The notes under the pieces are model-generated. The model was not told where the DNA came from. It ran no database searches and saw only the letters and a program-made list of their open reading frames with translations. From Bacilli bacterium (lineage in GTDB: Bacteria > Bacillota_I > Bacilli_A > RFN20 > CAG-826), in assembly GCA_024695105.1 (NCBI GenBank), contig JAILIV010000050.1, positions 6,721 to 70,720 of the forward strand: a stretch of DNA of 64,000 nucleotides, given 5' to 3'. Positions 55,347-62,727 of this stretch are shown in pieces; the first letter of the stretch is position 1, and each line of letters begins with the position of its first letter. The position numbers and the translations under genes were made by a program.

Positions 55347-56054
55347 TTAAAGCAATCTCCATTCCCACGGCCAGAAGGCACGCTCGCCTGTTAAGGCGTC
55401 CTCGGCGATTTCACAAAGGCGATAGCTCTGTTCCTGGATGGCGCAGATGTAAAACTTGAAACCCGGGGCGGTGATCACCGAATTCTCCACTTTAAAGGCG
55501 GCGTGGTCCACCACGGTGGCGTCGCCGCGGATGAACGTGATCGTCGAATCCGTGAATCGGACGAACTCCTCTTGTTCTTTGATGGCGGTGGCGTGGATAA
55601 GGACCTTGAATTCCTTGTTTTGGAAATCCGTGACGGAATAAGAAGAGGCGTTTAAATGCTCGTCGTCTTTCACGCGGACGAAGTAGAAAGCCTCGTTGTT
55701 GTCTCCGAATAGACCGAAGATATCTTTCGTAACGGATTTACGCGTAAGGGCATAGCCGCTATCCCAATCCTTAAACGTTACGTTCGCGGCGGTGAACGTA
55801 GCGTTGATGTTGGTGACCGAATAGGCGCTCTCGCGCACCATCTTACCATCGATATAGTCTTGGGCCTTTCCGTCTTTGAACACCATGAATTCGCGGCCTT
55901 GTTCCAAATTTCCTTGCTCAAAGAACTGCCACGTGCCTTCAATCTCAAACGAAGAAGCCTTCACGTTGTTGGTATTCACCAGCACGACGGCAAAGGTAAC
56001 GCCACCGGCGACAAGCACCGCCGAACCAATCGCGATCCAAATCCATTTCTTCAT
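55347..56054 (-). CDS. Membrane-anchored extracytoplasmic protein, beta-rich (lipocalin-like guess), unknown function
   Basis: N-terminal anchor MKKWIWIAIGSAVLVAGGVTFAVVLV followed by about 200 aa without TM segments (GTWQFFEQG...). Its stop lies 3 nt upstream of the ABC gene start. Confidence 0.55.
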   Translation of the reverse strand: MKKWIWIAIGSAVLVAGGVTFAVVLVNTNNVKASSFEIEGTWQFFEQGNLEQGREFMVFKDGKAQDYIDGKMVRESAYSVTNINATFTAANVTFKDWDSGYALTRKSVTKDIFGLFGDNNEAFYFVRVKDDEHLNASSYSVTDFQNKEFKVLIHATAIKEQEEFVRFTDSTITFIRGDATVVDHAAFKVENSVITAPGFKFYICAIQEQSYRLCEIAEDALTGERAFWPWEWRLL

Positions 56055-56065
56055 AAACGTTTCTC

Positions 56066-56179
56066 CCTAAAACAACCAAAGGATGAGCATCAAAAGAAAG
56101 AAGGCCAGGAAGGCGATGACCAAAATGGAGAACACGCCCCATAGAACCGTCTTAAGAATGCGCCTTGAGTCTTCTTTCA
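56066..56179 (-). CDS. Unannotated 37-aa single-TM peptide (below the ORF-track cutoff)
   Basis: Hand translation: MKEDSRRILKTVLWGVFSILVIAFLAFFLLMLILWLF*. The stop lies 11 nt upstream of the next gene. Only a weak SD (GGATGGA) is present. Confidence 0.35.
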
Positions 56180-56268
56180 TCTGATTCCATCCGATAACGC
56201 GCGACATAAACGCGCGTGTTACGGCCTATATTGTGACATTATTCTTGTAAGGAATGGCAAGGGAAATG

Positions 56269-57159
56269 TTAGAGAACGACCGTTTCCGCGTAGTCGATCG
56301 CGCTTTGTAGCGCATAAGTGATGCCTTCGCCACTCGAGTAACTCGCAAGGTAGGCGGCGTCGCCTAAGGCGGGGAGATCTAAAGCCACCTTACCGTTGCT
56401 GGCCCCGATAAAGGCCCCACCGGGTTTACGGTCGTAGTTCAGTGGCTCCTCTCCAAACAATGAGCGTTCAAATTGACGGTAGGCTTCCGCCACGTCTTTT
56501 CGTTTGTCGCCGTTCCAGACCCCAACGTTCCATAGACCATTGCCAATAGGGAAGATCCAGGCATATCCGTTTCCATAATCCGGGCCATAGTAAAAGTGGT
56601 AGCAGTGGTTGTCGATCCCAGAAGGATTCCCAAAGATTCGGGAGGATATCCCAAAGGGCAAATCGCGGGTTTCTGCAAGTCTAAGAAAGGAAACCGCACC
56701 CATGGCATTCACCACGATTTTCCCCGCAAGATGGTGGTTAACGACGTAGAAATCGCCTTCTTTTTCCACTTTTTGGACAGGGAAACCGAAATGTATGCGA
56801 ACTTTTCTACGCAAAGCAACGTGCGACAAAAGCCCCATCAAAATAGGCCGAGGAAGGCCATAGCAGGGCTTCTCATAAACGGTGGTTTTCTCTTCGTTCC
56901 CAAAGAATTCCTTTTTTCGCAATATGGGCAAAGCGCCCGCCTCAAGCAGCTCTTTCTCCCCGATGCCTAGCCGCGCCAACTGGGGGACGCAAAAGACGGA
57001 AATCCCGTCTCCGCACACCTTGTCCCGTATCCCAGGCCATTGTTCCAAAACCAAGACGTGGAATCCTCGCTTTCCCAAAACGGCGGCGCAAGCCAAGCCG
57101 GCGGGCCCTGCCCCAAGAACGATCGCGTCATAAACGGTTCGAGACAACATCCACTCCAT
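56269..57159 (-). CDS. Geranylgeranyl-reductase-family FAD-dependent oxidoreductase (short, 296 aa)
   Basis: GAGPAGLACA dinucleotide fold, RDKVCGDG, GYAWIFP, GDAAYLASYSSGEGI. These are the four GGR-family hallmark motifs. Confidence 0.75.
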   Translation of the reverse strand: MEWMLSRTVYDAIVLGAGPAGLACAAVLGKRGFHVLVLEQWPGIRDKVCGDGISVFCVPQLARLGIGEKELLEAGALPILRKKEFFGNEEKTTVYEKPCYGLPRPILMGLLSHVALRRKVRIHFGFPVQKVEKEGDFYVVNHHLAGKIVVNAMGAVSFLRLAETRDLPFGISSRIFGNPSGIDNHCYHFYYGPDYGNGYAWIFPIGNGLWNVGVWNGDKRKDVAEAYRQFERSLFGEEPLNYDRKPGGAFIGASNGKVALDLPALGDAAYLASYSSGEGITYALQSAIDYAETVVL

Positions 57160-57192
57160 TGTACGTAAAACGGCGGAGCGTGGCGTTAGTTA

Positions 57193-57221
57193 TTGAAAAC
57201 GCGCGCGCTCTTCTTCAAAAT
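57193..57221 (+). promoter_or_regulatory. Candidate promoter TTGAAA-N17-CAAAAT, 8 nt upstream of the DUF368 ATG (leaderless type)
   Basis: TTGAAAacgcgcgcgctcttcttCAAAATtcaagggtATG. Confidence 0.4.
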
Positions 57222-57229
57222 TCAAGGGT

Positions 57230-58243
57230 ATGAAAGCAAAGGAATGGTTTAGCGATTTCGCCCGTGGGTCCGCTTTGGGCACCGGTATGTTGCCTGGCGT
57301 CAGCGCGGGTACCGTTGGCATCATCGTCAACGTCTACGACAAAATGATCAATGCCATCAACGGGCTTCTGAAACCGAAGACGTTTTGGAAGTCTTTGCTG
57401 ACGCTTCTTCCCATTGGCATCGGCTGCGTGTTGGCGACGCTGATCATCCTCCTTTTCTGGAGCGCGGTAGCCTATCCCCGTTTCCCCTTCATCGTCATCG
57501 CCGCATTGGCCGGCTTCGTCCTTGGGGCGATGCCCGTTTTGACAGCGGAACTTAACGAAGGCAAGCTCAGCTGGGCGGACTACCTCCGTATTCTTTCGGG
57601 ATTCATTGTTGCCGCAAGCATCGGCATCGTGGCTTATTTGGCCGCGGCGCATATCATTCCGTTCGACATGGATTTCGCCGAAGAGATCGACGCCCCCTTC
57701 CAAAGCCCTTGGATCTTTGCCTTGGTGGGCTTTGCGGGCTTCCTTTCCGCAATTAGCTGCCTCGTCCCTGGGATTTCCGGCGCGATGCTTTTGTTCATCC
57801 TCGGCCTTTATAACCCCATCGTGGACATGTTCATCAGCCGTTATAACGGCGCGGGCGAATTAATCCACGCCTCCATCTTCCGCGACACCAGCAAGCTAGG
57901 GGGCGGAGCTCTCATAACTTTGTGTTTGCTCGCGGGCATGCTCATCGGCTTCTTCATCGTCTCCAAGCTCATGGAAACCCTTTTGAAAAAGCATAGGCAC
58001 GGAACCTTCACGGTCATCATCGGCTTTGTGCTCGGATCCGTCGTCTCCATGTTCCTCAATAACGACATGTACAGCGTCTATAAAACCTATCCCACCAACG
58101 CCTGGTGGCAATACGTCTTTGGCGGCGTCGCCTGCGTCGGCGTCGGCTTGGCGACGTTCTTCCTCATTCGTTCGCGGCAAAGAGCACAAAAAGAGCTTCT
58201 CGCCGCCAAGACCGAAGAAGCCCCCGAATCCACCGAAGAATAA
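57230..58243 (+). CDS. DUF368-family membrane protein (PopT-type undecaprenyl-phosphate translocase family)
   Basis: About 10-TM protein with the N-terminal FARGSALGTGMLPGVSAGTVGII and repeated PGISGAMLLFILG motifs typical of DUF368. Confidence 0.75.
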   Translation: MKAKEWFSDFARGSALGTGMLPGVSAGTVGIIVNVYDKMINAINGLLKPKTFWKSLLTLLPIGIGCVLATLIILLFWSAVAYPRFPFIVIAALAGFVLGAMPVLTAELNEGKLSWADYLRILSGFIVAASIGIVAYLAAAHIIPFDMDFAEEIDAPFQSPWIFALVGFAGFLSAISCLVPGISGAMLLFILGLYNPIVDMFISRYNGAGELIHASIFRDTSKLGGGALITLCLLAGMLIGFFIVSKLMETLLKKHRHGTFTVIIGFVLGSVVSMFLNNDMYSVYKTYPTNAWWQYVFGGVACVGVGLATFFLIRSRQRAQKELLAAKTEEAPESTEE

Positions 58244-58315
58244 CCTTTTACCCTTCCCCCTCAACTACCCTAGTTGGGAATTATTCTTAAGAATCTGCTT
58301 TGATAGCGCTTTTCA

Positions 58316-58348
58316 ATTGACGATTCGGAAAAGCCGTTTATCATAACG
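58316..58348 (+). promoter_or_regulatory. Candidate promoter of the tetR-ABC operon (TTGACG-N16-TATCAT) with overlapping small inverted repeat
   Basis: TTGACGattcggaaaagccgttTATCAT. CCGTT-N6-AACGG (58333-58348) straddles the -10. SD AGAGG lies 9 nt before the ATG. Confidence 0.55.
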
Positions 58349-58378
58349 GCCGACCACATCCCCATAGAGGTACTTAAC

Positions 58379-58984
58379 ATGCCACGCACCGCCGAACAAA
58401 ACCAGCAAATCAAAGACAAAAGGCAAACCAAGCTTCTCGCCTTTGCGCTGAAGGCCTTTGCCGCCAACGGATACAACCGGACGACCATTGACGACGTCAC
58501 CAAGCTCGCTCGTTGCTCCCATGGTCTTTTCTACCATTACTTCGATTCCAAAGAGGCCGTCTTCGCCGCCTTGATCGATGAATACCTAACCAAAGAAGCA
58601 GAAGTTCCCGTCCAGGCCGCATTGCAAGAAGGCGGGGCTAAAGGGCTTCGCTTGCTTTGCGATTACGCCGAACGTGTGGCAAACGGCACCCCCAAGGACT
58701 TCGCCGTCGCCAAAATCACGGTTTTCCTCGAAGACGCGACCAATCTGGACCAAAAGGGACGCGAATTCGCATCCACGCATGACCTAAAATCGGCTTTGGC
58801 CACCTTGATCGCCCAAGGGCAACAGGAAAAGAAGGTCATCGCCGGGGATCCCAAAGCAATCGCCCAAGCAGTGATTGACATGGCCCGTGGCGGTTTGACC
58901 CGCCTTAGTCTGAAAGGCGAATCCCTCCACGTCAGTTCCGACATCCTATTTGAATTCTTGCTCAAAACCCCGATCGACGAATAA
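58379..58984 (+). CDS. TetR/AcrR-family transcriptional regulator
   Basis: N-terminal HTH (FAANGYNRTTIDDVTKLARCSHGLFYHYF). Confidence 0.88.
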   Translation: MPRTAEQNQQIKDKRQTKLLAFALKAFAANGYNRTTIDDVTKLARCSHGLFYHYFDSKEAVFAALIDEYLTKEAEVPVQAALQEGGAKGLRLLCDYAERVANGTPKDFAVAKITVFLEDATNLDQKGREFASTHDLKSALATLIAQGQQEKKVIAGDPKAIAQAVIDMARGGLTRLSLKGESLHVSSDILFEFLLKTPIDE

Positions 58985-60843
58985 TGTTCCGCCTGTTTCG
59001 CTATCTAAAAAATATTTGGTGGCTCATTCTCATCGCGGTCACGGCCATCGGAACGGAGTGCTACCTTGGCGTCTCCCTGCCAAATTTAATGTCGCGCATC
59101 GCCGCGATCATGCAACACCCGGAAGGGTACTTTGAATCATGGAAGGGCCTTTGGCCGGTTTTTGGCTATGAGCTCATCGAGCCGACACGGAACGTCTTAA
59201 CCGACACCTGGATCATCGGGGGAATCATGCTCGGGCACGCCTTCGTCGCCATCCTCATCGCGGTCGGAGCTTCCTTAGCCGTCAGCTTCATCGGAGCCCA
59301 CTTCGGGCGAAACCTCCGCCATGCCGTCTACGCGAAGACATCCCATTTTTCCGTGGAGCAATTCACCAAATTCGGAACGGCGTCCTTAATCACGAGAACC
59401 ACCAACGACATCGAACAATGCCAGCAGATGGTCCAAATGGGTTTGCGTACCATGGTCCGCGCCCCCATCACGTTGATTTTGTCCATTGTGATGATCCTTA
59501 CCCGGGACACGCGGGTCGCGCTGATTTTGGCCGTGTCCATCCCGGCGATCATTTTGGTCATCGTCATCCTTTTCATTAAGGCCGTGCCTTTGTTTGAAAA
59601 GATGCAAACCTTGTTCGACAAGGTCACGATGGTGCTCCGCGAATCCCTAACCGGCGTACGCGTCGTGCGTGCCTTCAATCAACAAAAACGCGAGAAAGAC
59701 CGGTTTAACGCCGTTTCGTTGGAGACCGAGAAGACCGTCGTTCGCTTCGCCCGCATCATGAGTTTCGGCGAACCGATCATCAATATCGTCTTCAATCTGA
59801 CCTACATCGGCATCTATTTCTTCGCCTATAACGCCTATAACGGGGTCGCCTGGCTCGACGTCATGCGGAACTTCCCCGGCATTTTGGCCTCTGCCGAATA
59901 CGCGATGGAACTGATGTCCGCCTTCTTGATGTTCTCCTTCCTGCTCATCATGTGGCCCCGCGCCAGCGTATCCGCGAAGCGTATCAACGCCGTCTTGGAC
60001 GAAGGCACTCCCATCTCCGAACCGAAAAACCCGCTTCCCGCGTCGCGTGGAGACGGCCTCATCGAATTCGAAAACGTAACCTTTGCCTTCCCCGATGCTG
60101 ACGCTCCGTCCTTAATGGACGTAAGTTTCACCGCGCGCCCAGGCAAGACCACCGCGATCATCGGTTCCACGGGTTCGGGAAAAAGCTCTTTGATCCATTT
60201 GATCCCCCGTCTTTATGACGTCACCGAAGGCTCCGTCCGCATCGACGGCCATGACGTGCGTGAATACGCGACGAAAGACCTTCGCTCCAAAATCGGCTTC
60301 GTCCCCCAACAAGCCCTCCTTTTCAAAGGCACGATCCGTTCCAATATGCTTTTCGGCGCCCCAAACGCCACCGACGAAGACATCGTCCAAGCCCTATCCG
60401 TCGCCCAAGCTTCCCACTTCATCGCCCAGCGGGAAGAAGGTATCGATTCCATCGTGGAACAAGGGGGCAAGAACTTCTCTGGCGGACAAAAGCAGCGCCT
60501 TTGCATTGCCCGTGCCTTGGTCCGCAAAGCGGAAATCTACGTCTTTGACGATTCCTTCTCCGCCCTAGACTTCCGCACCGACACCAAACTGCGCCACGCA
60601 TTGAAGGATTACATTTCCGACGCCACGATCCTCATCGTCGCCCAGCGCGTTTCCACCATCCTTGACGCGGACAACATCGTCGTCTTGAACGAAGGCCGCG
60701 TAGTGGGGCAGGGGAGGCATGCCGAACTGATGAAAACGTGCCCCGTGTACCAGGAAATCGTTCATTCCCAACTCGACTCCGAGGAAATTAAGAAGACCTT
60801 GCTCCTTGGGAAGAAAATCGTCACGGAAGGGGGTGCCTCCTAA
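58984..60843 (+). CDS. ABC exporter half-transporter, degenerate catalytic site
   Basis: Walker A GSTGSGKSS, signature FSGGQKQ, Walker B VFDDSFSALD (Asp in place of Glu). TAATG overlap with tetR. Confidence 0.9.
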   Translation: MFRLFRYLKNIWWLILIAVTAIGTECYLGVSLPNLMSRIAAIMQHPEGYFESWKGLWPVFGYELIEPTRNVLTDTWIIGGIMLGHAFVAILIAVGASLAVSFIGAHFGRNLRHAVYAKTSHFSVEQFTKFGTASLITRTTNDIEQCQQMVQMGLRTMVRAPITLILSIVMILTRDTRVALILAVSIPAIILVIVILFIKAVPLFEKMQTLFDKVTMVLRESLTGVRVVRAFNQQKREKDRFNAVSLETEKTVVRFARIMSFGEPIINIVFNLTYIGIYFFAYNAYNGVAWLDVMRNFPGILASAEYAMELMSAFLMFSFLLIMWPRASVSAKRINAVLDEGTPISEPKNPLPASRGDGLIEFENVTFAFPDADAPSLMDVSFTARPGKTTAIIGSTGSGKSSLIHLIPRLYDVTEGSVRIDGHDVREYATKDLRSKIGFVPQQALLFKGTIRSNMLFGAPNATDEDIVQALSVAQASHFIAQREEGIDSIVEQGGKNFSGGQKQRLCIARALVRKAEIYVFDDSFSALDFRTDTKLRHALKDYISDATILIVAQRVSTILDADNIVVLNEGRVVGQGRHAELMKTCPVYQEIVHSQLDSEEIKKTLLLGKKIVTEGGAS

Positions 60844-62684
60844 TGCCGCCGCGCCGCGGGAACTTCGCCAAACCCAAGAACATGAAAGGCGCCGTCGCGC
60901 GCATCATGTCTGGTTTCAAAGGCCAAAGGGCGGCCTTGGTCATCATTTTCGTCCTGTGCTTGATATCCGCGGTCATTTCCGTGGTCACACCCGTCGTATT
61001 GGCGAATGCCCTCAACGATTTGCCACGCCTGTTTGGCGTATCCGAAAATCCAAATCCAACCGACGTCACCAGCGTGGATTGGTCCTACGTATATGGCGCA
61101 TTCGGAACCCTTTTGGCCATCATTTTGGTCGGAACGATCGCGGATTGGTACGCCACGTGGATCGTGGAAAAGGTCATCGCCGTCTGGGTGTATGAACGCC
61201 GTTCCGAACTCAAGGAGAAGCTCGACCACCTCCCGTTATCCTATTTCGACGCGAACCAATCCGGCGACATCCTCTCAAGGTGCACCAACGACATCGATAA
61301 CGTCGGACGGAATTTCGCCAGCGTGTATCGCTCTTTGTGCAAAGGAACCGTCGTGTTGGTGGGTGGCGTCGTCGCGATGTTCATCCTCAATTGGGCCTTA
61401 AGCTTGGTCGTTTTGGGCACTTTCCCACTAATGATCTTCGCCGTCGTCTTGATCTCAGGGAAATCGCGGAAACAATTCAAGATCTACCGCAGGCACTACG
61501 GCGAGCTAGAAGGCCATATCGAAGAAGACTACAGCGGCCACAAAGTGCTTACCCTGTTTGGCCAAGAAGACCATAGCCTTGAGGTATTCGATTCCGTCAA
61601 CGTCGTCATGACCGACGCGGATAGACGTTCACAGTGGATCTCCGGTTTCATCTATCCCACGATGCGCTTTACCTATAACCTCGGCTTCGTCGCGGTTTCG
61701 TTGGTCGCGGGCTTGATCGATGGATCCAATTTCGGCGACCTCGTGGCCTTCATCATGTTCTTAAACATTCTGCAAAGCCCGTTCCAGCAGCTTGGCCAAA
61801 TGGCCGCGACCATCCAATCGATGGCGGCCGCCGCCGAACGCGCCTTCTTCTTACTGGACGAACAAGAGCAAAGCCCCGACATAGAGGACGCCGTTTCCGA
61901 CGTTTCTTCCGTCCAGGGGGCCATTCGCTTCGAAGACGTCTTCTTCTCCTATTCGGAAGACAAGCCCCTGATCGAAGACATGAACATTGACGTGAAGCCA
62001 GGTGAAATGGTCGCCCTTGTCGGCCCTACCGGCGCAGGCAAAACAACCATCGTCAACCTACTCATGCGCTTCTATGAAGTGAAACAAGGACGCATCACCT
62101 TAGACGGCGTCGACGTACGCGACTACACGCGTTCCGCGCTACGCCAGAACTTCGGGATGGTCCTCCAAGACACGTGGCTTTTCAGCGGGTCCATCATGGA
62201 AAACATCCGTTATGGCAACTCAAGCGCCACCGATGAAGAGGTCATCCAAGCGGCCAAAACCGCCCACGCGGACCATTTCATCTCCACCCTTCCCGGGGGC
62301 TATGACTTCCAGCTCAACGAAGACGGAACCAACATCTCCCAAGGCCAACGCCAACTTTTGACCATCGCCCGCGCCATCGTCTCCAAGCCCAAGATCATGA
62401 TCCTCGACGAGGCCACCTCCTCCGTCGATACCCGTACCGAGAAAGCCATCCAAGACGCGATGGAAGAAGTAATGAAAGGGCGCACTTCCTTCGTCATCGC
62501 CCACCGTCTTTCCACCATCAAAAACGCCAAGATCATCTTGGTCATGAACAAAGGACGTTTGGTGGAGCAGGGAACCCACGAAGAGCTTTTGGCGAAACAG
62601 GGCTTCTACGCGGATTTGTATAACGCGCAATTCCTTGGGCAAAACCCCATGGGCAAAAATCCCGACGGGGAAGCCGCTTCTTAA
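60843..62684 (+). CDS. ABC exporter half-transporter, canonical ATP site
   Basis: Walker A GPTGAGKTT, signature ISQGQRQ, Walker B MILDEATSSVD. TAATG overlap with the preceding gene. Confidence 0.9.
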   Translation: MPPRRGNFAKPKNMKGAVARIMSGFKGQRAALVIIFVLCLISAVISVVTPVVLANALNDLPRLFGVSENPNPTDVTSVDWSYVYGAFGTLLAIILVGTIADWYATWIVEKVIAVWVYERRSELKEKLDHLPLSYFDANQSGDILSRCTNDIDNVGRNFASVYRSLCKGTVVLVGGVVAMFILNWALSLVVLGTFPLMIFAVVLISGKSRKQFKIYRRHYGELEGHIEEDYSGHKVLTLFGQEDHSLEVFDSVNVVMTDADRRSQWISGFIYPTMRFTYNLGFVAVSLVAGLIDGSNFGDLVAFIMFLNILQSPFQQLGQMAATIQSMAAAAERAFFLLDEQEQSPDIEDAVSDVSSVQGAIRFEDVFFSYSEDKPLIEDMNIDVKPGEMVALVGPTGAGKTTIVNLLMRFYEVKQGRITLDGVDVRDYTRSALRQNFGMVLQDTWLFSGSIMENIRYGNSSATDEEVIQAAKTAHADHFISTLPGGYDFQLNEDGTNISQGQRQLLTIARAIVSKPKIMILDEATSSVDTRTEKAIQDAMEEVMKGRTSFVIAHRLSTIKNAKIILVMNKGRLVEQGTHEELLAKQGFYADLYNAQFLGQNPMGKNPDGEAAS

Positions 62685-62727
62685 TCGTTCAACCCGTTTT
62701 TGCGGGTCTTACGTTAAAACTGCAAAG

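Noticed and set aside
62685-62727. Terminator between the ABC gene and the convergent FGGY kinase gene (ACCCG-N6-CGGGT)
   Set aside because: The stem is only 5 bp and there is no U-tract on either strand, which is too weak to call.
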